Shown piece by piece: positions 37,298 through 49,815 of a stretch of DNA of 64,000 bases. A model generated the notes under the pieces. That model had not been told where the DNA came from, did not search any database, and worked only from the letters and a program-made list of their open reading frames with translations. Each line of letters begins with the position of its first letter. Position 1 is the first letter of the stretch. Both the position numbers and the translations under genes were made by a program. This DNA comes from Malacoraja senta. Lineage: Eukaryota. The stretch covers positions 5,644,001-5,708,000 of the forward strand of contig CM075995.1 of NCBI GenBank assembly GCA_038087875.1, in the 5' to 3' direction.

Positions 37298-40263
37298 GAT
37301 GGCGTGGCCATCGCAAGATGGCGCGGCCGGGTCCAGTCGCCGTCGTGGTAGCTCCGTGGAGACTGTGCGTTTTTTTAACTTGTATGTTCATTTAAAATTT
37401 ATTTCTAAGTACTAACACACTAGCACTAACAACGTACAACCGGAAAACTCTCGTAAAACTAAACTTTAGCGTAACCGAGGACTTTTTAAACACTGTACTC
37501 ACTGATCCAGCGTGGCCGGCAGAGATCAAAAGAGCACGAAGCGGCAACAACAATGGGAGCGCGGCTCCGAGAAAAAGCCGGAGAAAACATTAAGGTAAGC
37601 GGGGGGGGGGGGGATTCGGAATAGGCTGAGAGCCCAAGCCTTCCGTCCACCTCTGCCCAGCATCCTTCTGGCGAACGTCCAGTCCCTGGAGAACAAGCTG
37701 TATGACCTCAGGGCGAGGATCAGATTCCAGCGGGACATAAAGGCTCTGTCTTACGTTGTTGCGGTCATCGGCGGTGAAGCGCGGCTTCGCCTGTAGAGTG
37801 GACCGCACAGCAACGGCGAGAGCGCCGAGCCTATGCCACGGGAGCGCCGCACGGATGCTGCGCGGGGGCCGAGTGATTGAAATACGGCTGGTCCCACGTG
37901 CTTGCAGTAAGTAAAAAAAAAAGTGCGGCGGCTGTGGCGGCGGCCGTCCTGATCGCGGCGCTGTAGCGGTGCCTCACTGGCGGAGGCTGTGACGGTGCAA
38001 GTTCGACGCACGGCGCTCGAGCCACACTGGCGGCGGCTGTGGCGGCGGCCGTGCCGCACTCGTGCATCACTGGTGGAGGCTGTGCGGTAGGCAAATATTT
38101 TTGAACAGTGTAGGTTTTATTTTAGCACCGTGCGGTGTTGGGAACAACGCCGCACGGCCCCGGAATTGTGTGTTCTCACGAGTGCCCGGTCCTATGGCGG
38201 CAGATTCTTCCCGTTTCGCCGCCAATGACCGCAGACTCGTGAGACAGGCCTTTAAGAGACTGCAACATCTTCTGCATGACCGAGACATGACCGAGACATG
38301 GTGCCGGATCAGGTAATCTGCCCAACCGAGTCCTTCTCTGTTTTCCGTGCGGACAGAACGGAAGAATTCGGGAAATCAAAGGGTGGAGGAGTTTGCTTCA
38401 TGACCAACAATAACAGGTGCAACCCTAGGAATATTAAAACGCTTTCTCGTTTGGAGCATCTGACTATCTCATGCCGTCCATTCTACCTTCCCCGGGAGTT
38501 CAGCTCAGTGATCATCACAGCCGTCTACATTCCACCGCATGCGGACACCGACGTGGCACTATTGGCCCTACACGATGTGTTATGTCGACACCAAAACAAG
38601 TACTCCGATGCGGCTATGGTGGTGGCTGGAGATTTTAATAAATCAAATCTCAAAAAGGTCATGCCTAACTTCTCCCAACACATCACGTGTCACCAGGGGG
38701 GGGGAAACTTTGGACCATTGCTACACGCCGTTCAGGAAAGGCTACAAGGCCGTTTCGCTCCCTCCTTTTGTAAAATCTGACCACGCTGCCATTTTCCTGC
38801 TGCCGGAGAATAAACAACGGATAGTACGGGAAGCGGCAGTGACGAGGTACGTAAAGCGGTGGTCTGACCATTCAGAGGCCATGCTGCAAGATGCACTGAG
38901 CGATGTCGACTGGAATATGTTCCAAGCAAGTTCCAGAGACGTCAGTGAGTTCGCCGAAGCGGTCACGTACTTCATTGCAACAATAGGCTATAACATCGTC
39001 CCCACGGTAAGGGTTAGCATCTTTCCTAATCAAAAACCCTGGGTGGACAGGTCCATTCACGTTGTCTTGAATGCTCGCACTGCTGCTTACAACTCTGGCC
39101 TGGCATCCGGAAATATGGACAACTACAAGGCAGAGTCCTACAGACAGTGAAGGGCGGTGAAGGACGCAAAAAGGAGGTACAGGGACAGGATGGAGTCGCA
39201 GATGGAGCAGGACACCAGACGCCTGTGGCAGGGGCTGCGGACTATAACTAACTACCGGAGCAGCCCCCCCTTCAACCGGAAGTGCCGGCACCTCCCTAGC
39301 TGATGACCTGAACTCTTTCTACGCACGATTCGAGACGGGCAACATCACCCCTAGCTCGCGGGCTAATAACAACATCGTCAGCGTGCTGGCTAGTGAGGCT
39401 GGAGGGAGGTCCACCGCTGGGGATGTGCACACATTCTCAGTGTCCGAGCACGACGTGAGGAGGGATCTGACGCGTGTGAACATGAGGAAAGCTGTAGGCC
39501 CAGATGGTATATCTGGGCGAGTACTAAAGTCTTGTGCTACTCAGCTTGCTCCAGTGCTCACCACAATATTCAACCTCTCCCTGGCCAAGTCCGTGGTCCC
39601 TGCCTGCTTCAAAAGATCCACCATTATACCAGTGACAAAGAATGCCTCTCCAGCTTGCTTGAATGACTACCGACCTGTGGCCCTCACCTTGGTGGTCATG
39701 AAATGCTTCGAGAGGCTGATCAAGAACCACATTCTCGCCTTCCTCCCTCGCAACATGGACCCGCTGCAGCTCGCATACCGTCCGAACAGATCTACAGATG
39801 ATGCGGTCTCCCAGGTTCTGCACACCGCTCTCTCTCACCTTGACAGCCAGAAGGGGGGCTATGTGAGGATGCTGTTCATTGACTTCAGTTCAGCTTTCAA
39901 TACGATAGTCCCCACCAGACTTGCTGAGAAGCTGCTGAAACTGGGGCTTAACACTCCCCTGTGTGCCTGGGTCCTGGACTTTCTCACCGCCAGGCCCCAG
40001 GTGGTCAAGATGGGGAGACATACATCCAACCCCCTCACCCTGAACACAGGATCCCCCCAGGGTTGTGTCCTCAGCCCCCTACTGTACTCCCTGTACACAC
40101 ATGACTGTGTGGCCAGGTTCAGCTCCAACTCCATCATCAAGTTTGCTGATGACACTGTGGTGGTGGGCCTGATCTCCGATAACGATGAGAAGGCCTAGGT
40201 GGAGGTGGTTGATCTAGCACTTTGGTGTCAGGACAACAACCTCCTCTTGAACATCAAGAAAAC
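37298..40263 (+). mobile_element. Rex1/Babar LINE with intact-looking 5' end, decayed EN-RT ORF, running into the gap
   Basis: aagatggcg 5' start, [76 protein letters not shown]. Confidence 0.92.
37741..38252. mobile_element. PIF/Harbinger-like MITE (512 bp) inserted in the Rex1 ORF
   Basis: TAA TSD (37738-40 and 38253-55); ~41-bp imperfect TIRs aggctctgtcttacg...gcggtcatcggcgg / ccgccaatgaccgc...cgtgagacaggcctt. Removing it restores RDIRDCNIFCMTET. Confidence 0.85.
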
Positions 40264-40463
40264 NNNNNNNNNNNNNNNNNNNNNNNNNNNNNNNNNNNNN
40301 NNNNNNNNNNNNNNNNNNNNNNNNNNNNNNNNNNNNNNNNNNNNNNNNNNNNNNNNNNNNNNNNNNNNNNNNNNNNNNNNNNNNNNNNNNNNNNNNNNNN
40401 NNNNNNNNNNNNNNNNNNNNNNNNNNNNNNNNNNNNNNNNNNNNNNNNNNNNNNNNNNNNNNN
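40264..40463. other. Assembly gap (200 N)
   Basis: Run of N. A Rex1 RT ends at the left edge and an unrelated CR1 3' end starts at the right edge, so the true gap size is unknown. Confidence 0.99.
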
Positions 40464-40797
40464 TTGTTCCCGATGTTGGGGAAGTCCAGGACAAGGGGTC
40501 ACAGTTTAAGGATAAAGGGGAAATCCTTTAGGACCGAGATGAGAAAAACATTTTTCACACAGAGAGTGGTGAATCTCTGGAACTCTCTGCCACAGAAGGT
40601 AGTTGAGGCCAGTTCATTGGCTATATTTAAGAGGGAGTTAGATGTGGCCCTTGTGGCTAAAGGGATCAGGGGGTATGGAGAGAAGGCAGGTACGGGATAC
40701 TGAGTTGGATGATCAGCCATGATCATATTGAATGGCGGTGCAGGCTCGAAGGGCCGAATGGCCTACTCCTGCACCTATTTTCTATGTTTCTATGTTT
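40464..40797 (+). mobile_element. CR1 3' fragment, young subfamily
   Basis: Peptide almost identical to the 27202-27632 copy; tttctatgtttctatgtttc tail. Confidence 0.9.
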
Positions 40798-41820
40798 CTC
40801 ATGAAAATGTAGAATCTTTCTGATATGATACACGGTGGCTTCCAGAGTGTGCAGATAGCTTCTTTACAGCACCATCTTGGGCAGTGCCATCTTAGACACA
40901 CATTTGGTCCAGTGTGGCTGTACCTAATTTAGTTTAGTTTAGTTTAGAGATACAGTGCGGAAACAGGCCCTTCGGCCCTTTATCATGTATCTGTACACTG
41001 TCGATTGCTCGATTGTGATAATTGTCTTTCCGCTGACTTGTTAGCACACAACAAAAGCTTTTCACTGTACCTCAGTACACTTGACAATAAACTAAACTCA
41101 ACTAAACGTTATTCACATTATTCCCTTTATCGTGTATCTGTACAGTGTAGATGGCTCGATTGTAATCATGTATTGTCTTTCCACTGACTAGTTAGCACAC
41201 AACGTGGCGAAGGCACAAAGGACACTATCAGTACACTAGGGAATGGTTTAATTGTACTCAGACTCAGGATTGACTTGACCTATTTGTGGTCCTATGTTGG
41301 GATATTGTTGCATAGTTGACCACTTGGTTGCACGAGGAACTTTGTTTTATTTTGCACTGTTTTGGGTTTTGGCAGATGAGGTAAAACTTTTTCACCCAGA
41401 GTTGTGAATCTGTGGAATTCTCTGCCACAGGAGGCAGTGGAGGCCAATTCACTGGATGTTTTCAAGAGAGTTAGATTTAGCTCTTAGGGCTAAGGGAATC
41501 AAAGGGATATGGGGAAAAAGCAGGAACGGGGTACCGATTGTGGATGATCAGCCATGATCATGTTGAATGGTGGTGCTGGCCCGAAGGGCCTACTCCTGCA
41601 CCTATTTTCTATGTTTTGTTTCTTGAACTTTTTTTTGTTTGTTTATTATTTGTTTATTATGTTATCTATGGATTATTATGGTTACAAACCTGTTGTGCTG
41701 GTGCAAGTAAGAATTTCATTGTTCGGTTTCAGTACAAATAGCAATTAAACACTTTTGACTCTCTCTGCCCTCACCACTGCACCCTAACTCGTCTACAACT
41801 GACTCCGGACATCTTGGTAC

Positions 41821-41920
41821 CTTTTTGATGAAAGCCACAGAGAAAGTGTCCCAGGAGACAATCCCGTGATCCATGAGCTCAACAAAAGCAGTCAGGGTGA
41901 AGGACAACATGTCCCCGAAG
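41821..41920 (-). CDS. ELMO1: ELMO1 100-nt exon (human exon ~8): [33 protein letters not shown]
   Basis: tgtcttttcag|CTTCGGGGACATG...ATCAAAAAG|gtacc; the peptide is visible inside ORF 41716..42213. Confidence 0.96.
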
Positions 41921-42630
41921 CTGAAAAGACAAATGATCCACAAGTCAGCTCCAATTATCTCAGTTTTGACAGCAGAAGAATAGTCTCCGAAATAATTTGT
42001 GAAGCGGGAAACAAGGAAAGAGAATAAAGTAGAAGAAAGCCAACTGATATCAAAACAAGCCATATTGGTAACGTAGGCACCAAGCATGAGGAGCAGAAGG
42101 GCAGCTGGAAAGGAAAAAAAAATTAATGCCATTAGCTTGATAAACAGCAACACTGCAATCTGAAAGGAAGTAGTATTAGTAGTAATAATATAGGGTAGGC
42201 GAGAGAACATCATGCAATTCCCATGCGCTGGATTTCAATAGAGCTCCCAGGTCATCCACAGCTTTATCAGGAGAGTTACAGGCAAAAATGACACCAATCT
42301 CACAGTCACCAATTTATTAGTAGCATGTTAGGGTACGGATTGATTTAAAAAAAAAATTAGCTCAGAACGTTATTTTCTGAGGCGCATCTCAAGTGATAAT
42401 CAAGTTGCAACTTGATAGTGACCTGTTTGTGGAATTTGTGGAATCCTGAGACAACAGAATGCATGCACCAGACTTGCTTTGTCTTCACTTTCTGCAATTA
42501 ATTATAGGCCATCCTTTCATTTCACACATGGAATTTTTTTTTAAATGACGACGTTTCCCTGTGTGTAAATACAGACAACGTACTGCTGAAATGACAACAG
42601 AAATGAAATTTGCTGGATCCCGTTACACCT

Positions 42631-42910
42631 GGGACGGCACAGTGGCGCAGCAGTAGAGTTGCCGTCCTATAGTGCCAAAGACCTGGGTACAATCCAGATT
42701 GCAGGTGCTGTGTGTACAGAGTTTGTACGTTCTCCCCGTGACCTGCGTGTGTTTTCTCCACGATCTCCGGTTTCCTCCCACACTCCAGACAGGTTTGTAG
42801 GTTAATTGGCTTGATATAAGTGTAAATTATCTCGAGTGTGCAAGGATAGCGTCTCGGCGCGGACTCGGTGGGCCGAAGGGCCTGTTATTATGCCACATCT
42901 CTAAACTAAA
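42631..42910 (+). mobile_element. HE1-like SINE
   Basis: Head, core and taaactaaac tail. Confidence 0.82.
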
Positions 42911-43628
42911 CATGGTGATTCACTAATAAAGTTTTTCATTCTCTCATGGTTAAACCAGCCAATAGAAGGGGATTTGAAAAATAATATTCCTAATTGCTGT
43001 GTAGCATTCTAATGAATAATACCCACTTAATTATGCTAAACATTGCTGAATAGTGCTCCTGTATTCTGATAAAACCAGTAGGGTGACACATTTCTAAAGA
43101 TTTTACTGCAGAGTGGGAAAGTCCATTGCACCAAGCAGTCTGTCACAATCCACAAACTGCACAGAGATGAATGTCCAGTGTAACTGGTTCTTATAAAGAT
43201 GGCACTGAGGCAATGGGTATCAGTGCTAAAGCTCACCTGGGTGCAAGAAAACTCACTGATCTCATTTAAAGAGCTCAATGGGACCTTTGGCCTTCATTGA
43301 GGTTGTCAGGTGGAAACATGGTATGGCTCATTTCACCAACATTCAATTTATTGACACTCAACAGTGTCACGGGATTTGATTCACAAGATGCAATTACAAA
43401 GCATTACATTTATTTCCAAATTTCATCGCATACGGACGCACTGAACTTTTAAACGAACCATTTATCCTCCTGGAGGTTGGCCAATTCTAATTTGGAGACT
43501 ATGGCATGGCTGGTTAACTTGTGTGTTCACAATTATCCATTTCTCACACATTTGGAGAGCAACATAGGAAATTGCTGCTTTGGAGTGGGGAAAAGGAGGT
43601 GCAGGGAGCCTATTGCAGACCATTCCCG

Positions 43629-43938
43629 AACACGGTGGCATAGCGGTAGAGTTGCTGCCTTACAGCGCCGGAGACCCGGGTTCGATCCCAACTACGGGTG
43701 TTGTCTGTACAGAGCTTGTACGTTCTCCCCGTGACCTGCATGGGTTTTCTCCAAGATCTTCTGTTTCCTCCCATACTCCAAAGACATGCAGGTTTATAGG
43801 TTAATTGGCTTAGTAAATGTAAAAATTGTCCCTGGTGTGTGTAGAATAGTGTTAATGGGCTGGGATCGCTGGTTGGCGCGGGCCCGGTGGCCCGAAGGGC
43901 CCGTTTCCGCGCTGTATCTCTAAACTAAACTAAACTAA
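43629..43938 (+). mobile_element. HE1-like SINE
   Basis: Head with ggttcgatcc B box, core, (TAAAC)n tail. Confidence 0.87.
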
Positions 43939-45283
43939 ATTAGGTACAGCCACACTGGACCAATTGTTTGTCTAAGATGGCACTGCCCAAGATGGTGCTG
44001 TAAAGAAGCTATCTGCACACTCTGGAAGCCACCGTGCATCATATCAGAAACATTCTACATTTTCAGGAGTGAAAAGCATATTTAATAATTGACAAAAGTC
44101 AACTATAGCATGAAAGGTCACTACAAATCAATATTGCTTCCAACTAGCCAAACTTAAAAGCCAATCACTGCTTGCACAAAAATTGCTGAATTATGGCAGA
44201 GTATTTATTCGTATTGCTATCCTGCTACTGAAACATCTGATTTCAATGCAAGTTCAAATTATAAGTAATTATCAATGGCACTTAATGTGCAGCAGGGTAG
44301 ACTGCTGGACAAATTGTTCATATGTTCAAGGGACAGAATTGGGCCCTTCGCCCCATCAAGTTTATTCCTTCATTCAATCATGGCTGATCTATCTATCCAT
44401 CTCAACTCCATTCTCCTGCCTTCTCCCCATAACCTTTGACACCCGTAATAATCAAGAATCTGCCCGTCTCCACCTTAATAATATCCATTGACCCTCTGAC
44501 TAAACAAATCCCTCCTCATTCATTCCTCAAACTGTTCATGATCCATCAGTATGCTGGAGAAGCATGAAGAACCTACCGTTCCGATAAAATGCAGTTTCCA
44601 AGGATTAACAATTGCTGGATGTTGTAGTTTTTGCCTTCTTGCTGAGACCCAGTTGTTATCAAATTACAAAACGTTGCTTTGTTTAAGTGTTCTACAGAGC
44701 ATCAAAGAGCCTTACTTTGCAGCAGCAAGAGTGGTTTAGTCCTTACCCTGCACAATTGACTAAACTAAACCTTGTGACAACATTTTATTTCACTGCAAGC
44801 AACAAGAACTAGTGTCTCAGAACCATTGTAAAACCAGACAGTCTGTGGACAACGCAATTTGCCTTTGAAGTACTATCTACCTATTTGGTGACCCTCGGAC
44901 TATCCTTGAACGTTCTTTGCTGGGTTTGCCTTGCACTAAACGTTATATTCCCTTATCACTTAAATGGCTTGATTGTAATCATGCTTTGTCTTTCTGTTGA
45001 CTGGCTAGCACTGAGCACAATGGACATCACATGCTGCCACACTGGTGAGTAAGGCAAAACAGAGAGGATGAGACGGAGTTTCTTCCCAGAGGCATTAGGA
45101 CTGTAAACTCTTATCTCACCAGGGACTAACTTACTGTACCAAACTACTGTTGTGTTGTGTATTTTTAAAATTTCTGGGGGGTTTTCCTCACCAATATGTA
45201 ATTACTGGTGCTGTTCTATTCTGTTTTGTAGTTTTTTGCACATTCCGCAGACATTGCCACTTTTCATTTCACTGCACATCTCG

Positions 45284-48200
45284 TTGAAAAGGAGAGGCAA
45301 AGCACAAGCAGACTTTACTCAGAGCTCCCGTGGATTTTGAAGCAACAGCAACAAAGAGAAGCAGGAGAAAACACTGATTGGCTCTAGCCCGAGTGGGAGG
45401 AGAGTTAGAAGTGAGTCAGAGGGGGAAAACAGTTTAAAACTGAGGAATTTGGTTTGTAAATTGGTAAATTAGGCAATTTATCAATCAATATAGGAAAGAC
45501 AGTTCTGAGGGAGCGGCAGTGAGGGAAGTGCGAGTCTTTGGCTCGAGAGTCTTAGGAGAGGAGGCTATGCAAACCGCTGAAGAGGGAGACGAAAGAAGGA
45601 GATGTCAGGCAAGCTGATTCAGTGTGATGCTTGCAGTATGTGGGAGGTCAAGGACACTGCTGGTGCCTCTGGCTACTACAAATGTGAGAAGGTGCATCCA
45701 GGTACAGCTCCTGAAGGACCATGTTGGGGAACTGGAGAAGCAAGTGGATGACCTCAGGTTCGTCCGAGAAACTGAGTCGTTCCTCGACAAGGCCTACAGT
45801 AAGATTGTTACACCTAAGGTACTGGAAGAGAGAAGGTGGGTGACGGTGAGAAAGGGAGGGAAACATGGAATGGAAAAGTCCCCGGGTGTTGTACCTCTTG
45901 TGAACAGGTTCAGCCACTTAGAACCTGTCGGGACAGAAGACATTAACGCACTGAGCGGCGGACTGGCTTGCGAAGCAAAAAGGGCTGTTGAGCCAAAACC
46001 AAAGAGGCCAACGTCAGGCAACGCCATTGTAGTTGGAGACTCCATTGTGAGAGGTACGGACAGGGGTTTCTGCGGCAACAGACGGGATTCGAGGATGGTG
46101 TGCTGCCTTCCTGGTGCCAGGATACAGGATGTCACGGACAAAGTGCAGAAAATCCTCAAGGGCGAAGGTGAACTACCGGAAGTGGTAGTGCATGTCGGCA
46201 CAAACGATGTCGGAAAGAAGGGGATGAATATTCTGCAGCGTGACTTTAGCGAGCTCGGAAAAATACTGAAAAGAAGGACCTCCAGGGTTCTTATCTCCGG
46301 TTTGCTTCCAGTTCCTCGTGCTGGCGAGAGCAGGAACAGGGAGATACAGGACCTGAATGTGTGGCAGAGGAACTGGTGCAGGGAGCAGGGATTTAGATTC
46401 TTAGATCACTGGGATCTGTTTTGGAGTTAGGGGGAACTGTACAAAAGGGACGGATTGCATCTTAACAGGTGGGGGACCAGCATTCTAGCAGGCAGGTTTG
46501 CCACTGCTACACGGGTGGTTTTAAACTGAATAAGGGGGGTGGGGTGTCAAATGGGATAGTCGAGGACGGAGTTAAAGGGAGAGAGAGCAAAGGGATGGTT
46601 AATGACCCCAGAATTAACGGGAAAGGAAGCTCACAAAGGGATAGGAGAGTATGGCCAAGTGTAATAGGGATCGATGTGAAAGGTGAGATGCGTAAGGAAT
46701 TAAAAGTATTGTATATGAATGCGCGAAGTATAAGAAGTAAAGTAGATGAGCTTGAGGCTCAGTTACAGGTTGGTAGATATGACATTGTGGCGATTACTGA
46801 GACGTGGCTGCAGGAGGATCGGGCCTGGGAACTTAATATTCAGGGTTATACATCCTATAGAAAGGACAGGCAGGTGGGCAGAGGAGGGGGGTAGCTCTGC
46901 TGGTGAGGGATGGAATTCAGTCCCTTGCGAGGGAAGACATAGGGACTGACGAGGTAGAGTCACTGTGGATTGAGTTGAGGAATTGTAAAGGCAAGAGGAC
47001 ACTAATTGCTGTTATTTACAGACCCCCAAATAGCAGCCCGGATGTTGGGTGTAAGTTGGAGCAGGAGATAAAACTGGCATGTAACAAAGGTAATGCCACT
47101 GTGGTGATGGGGGATTTCAATATGCAGTTAGACTGGGAAAATAAGGTTGGTTCAGGACCCCAAGAAAGAGAGTTTGTAGAATGCCTCCGAGATGGATTCT
47201 TAGAGCAGCTTGTAATGGAGCCGACCAGAGAAAAGGCAATTCTGGATTTAGTGTTGTCCAATGAACCAGATATGATAAGAGAACTCGAGGTAAAGGAACT
47301 GCTTGGAGGTAGTGATCATAATATGATTAGTTTTAATCTGCAATTTGAGTAGGAGAACGTTAAATCGGAAGTGGCAGTGATGCAGTTGAACAAAGAGGAC
47401 TATGAAGGCATGAGAGGGGAGCTGGCCAAAGTAGACTGGAAAGGGATCCTAGCAGGAATGACGGTGGAACAGCAATGGCAGGAATTTCTGGGCATAATCC
47501 GGGAGACGCAGGATCATTTCATTCCAAAAAGGAAGAAAGATTCTAAGGGGAGTAGGAGGCAACCCTAACAAGAGAAGTTAGGGATAGAATAAAACTAAAA
47601 AAGATGTATAACACAGCAAAGAGTAGCCGGAAGCCAGAGGATTGGGAAACTTTCATAGGACAACAGAAGGAAACAAAACGGGCAATAAGGGCTGAAAAGA
47701 TGAAGTACGAAGGGAAGCTGGCCAGGAATATAAAGAAGGACAGTAAAAGCTTCTTTAGATATGTTAAGGGAAAAAGAGTAGCAAAGTCAAATGTGGGTCC
47801 CTTGAAGGCAGACACGGGTGAAATTATTATGGGCAACAAGGAAATGGCAGAAGAGTTGTATAGGTACTTCGGATCTGTCTTCACTAAGGAAGACACAAAC
47901 AATCTCCCTGATGTACTGGAGGACAGAGGATCTAAGGGGGTAGAGGAACTGAAATAAATTTTCATTAGGCGAGAAATAGTATTGGATAGGCCAATGGGGC
48001 TGAAGGATGATAAATCCCCTGGGCCTGATGGTCTGCATCCCAGGGTCTAGAAATAGTGGACGCATTGGTGATCATTTTCCAATGTTCAATAGATTCAGGA
48101 TCAGTTCCTGTAGATTGGAGGATAGCTAATGTTATCCCACTTTTCAAGAAAGGAGCGAGAGAGAAAACGGAGAATTACAGACCAGTTAGCCTGACTTCGG

Positions 48201-49440
48201 TGGTGGGAAAGATGCTGGAGTCAATTATTAAAGAGGTAATAATGGGGCATTTGGATAGCAGTAAAAGGATTAGTCAAAGTCAACATGGATTTATGAAAGG
48301 GAGATCATGCTTGACTAATCTTCTGGAATTTTTTGATGTGACAAGTAAAATGGATGAAGGGGTGCCAGTGGATGTAGTGTATCTAGACTTTCAGAAAGTC
48401 TTTGATAAGGTCCCGCACGGGAGACTGGTGACTAAAACTGGAGCACATGGTATTGGGGGTAGGGTGTTGACATGGATAGAAAATTGGTTGGCAGACCGGA
48501 AGCAAAGAGTAGGAGTGAACGGGTCCTTTTCAGAAAGGTAGGCAGTGGCGAGTGGAGTGCCGCAAGGCTCGTTGTTGGGGCCACAACTGTTTACCATATA
48601 TATTAATGATTTGGAAGAGGGAATTAAGAGCAAATGCAGTATAATATAGATAAACGTGAGGTTATCCACTTTGGCGGCAAAAACAAGGGGGCAGATTATT
48701 ATCTCAATGGGGTTAGGTTAGGTAAGGGGGAGACCTGGGTGTCCTTACCGGTCACTGAAAGTTGGCGTGCAGGTACAGCAGGCAGTGAAGAAAGCTAATT
48801 GGCCTTCATAACAAGAGGATTTCAGTAGGTTCAGTAGGTCCTAAGAGGTTCTTCTGCAGTTGTATAGGGCTCTGGTGAGACCACATCTGGAGTATTGTGT
48901 ACAGTTTTGGTCTCCTAATTTGAGGAAGGACATCCTTGTGATTGAGGCAGTGCAGCGTAGGTTCACGAGATTGATCCCTGGGATGGCGGGACTGTCATAT
49001 GAGGAAAAATTGAAAAGACTGGGCTTGTATTCACTGGAGTTTAGAAGGATGAGGGGGAATCTTATAGAAACATATAAAATTATAAAAGGACTGGACAAGC
49101 TAGATGCAGGAAAAATGTTCCCAATGTGGGGCGGGTCCAGAAACAGGGGCCACAGTCTTAGAATAAAGGGGAGGTCATTTAGGACTGAGGTGACAAAAAA
49201 CAATTTCACCCAGAGAGTTGTGAATTTATGGAATTCCCTGCCACAGAGGGCAGTGGAGGCCAAGTCACTGGATGGATTTAAGAGAGAGTTAGATAGAGCT
49301 CTAGGGGCTAGTGGAGTCGAGAGATATGGGGAGAAGGCAGGCACGGGTTATTGATAGGGGACGATCAGCCATGATCACAATGAATGGCGGTGCCTCAAAG
49401 GGCCGAATGGCCTCCTCCTGCACCTATTTTCTATGTTTCT
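45284..49440 (+). mobile_element. Near full-length CR1 LINE (5' UTR, ORF1, ORF2, tail), inactive
   Basis: ORF1 45602-46529. ORF2 pieces LYMNARSI, ITETW, MGDFN, GSDH, NYRPVSLTS, YLDFQKVFDKV, HLEYCVQFW up to 49354. Stops, frameshifts and a deletion near 48630 that removes FADD. Confidence 0.93.
45602..46529 (+). pseudogene. CR1 ORF1: CxxC zinc finger, coiled coil and SGNH/GDSL esterase
   Basis: MSGKLIQCDACSMWE...C (frameshift ~45690), heptad LLKDHVGELEKQVDDL, IVVGDSIVRG, PGARIQD, HVGTND, TAG at 46428, then DGLHLN. Confidence 0.88.
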
Positions 49441-49815
49441 GATCTGTATTAACTGATCTGATTGAATAGAATGCAAAACAAAGCTTTTCACTGTACTTCA
49501 GCAAACGTGACAATAATAAACCTAAACATAATTAATGGTGTAGATTTATAAAGGAGAATTTGAAAAAAAGAGGTAGATACTTCCACGAACCAGAGAACTA
49601 CATTTGTAGGCAGATGAAAGCATGCTCACCATTAATGGGAACATAAAATGCTGGAATGACTCGTGTCAGGCAGCATCCCTAGAGAACATGGATAGTTGCC
49701 TATTCTTCTTTAGACTGATTGAGGAAAGGCGATGTGGGGAGGGGGATGATGGGAGAGAGGAGAGGCAGGACAAAGCATGATAGGCAGATAGCTGAACAAT
49801 GACCAGAGATGAGAA

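Larger units (their letters stand above)
40798..44069. repeat. Inverted duplication, arms 40798-40975 and 43892-44069 (178 bp)
   Basis: Arms are reverse complements with about 7 mismatches by manual count; each includes a SINE tail plus about 130 bp of non-repeat-looking DNA. Confidence 0.9.

Noticed and set aside
36650..37351. 233-aa plus-strand ORF in a GC-rich region
   Set aside because: It crosses an LTR, PPT, internal stub and the Rex1 5' UTR, shows no recognisable domain, and stop scarcity is expected at this GC content.
36502..38300. CpG island taken as a host promoter or foreign/bacterial insert
   Set aside because: Fully accounted for by the LTR element, Rex1 5' end and MITE.
41716..42213. 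165-aa hydrophobic ORF that looks like a membrane protein
   Set aside because: It is the 100-nt ELMO1 exon plus pyrimidine-rich intron read in frame; the AG/GT sites delimit the real coding part.
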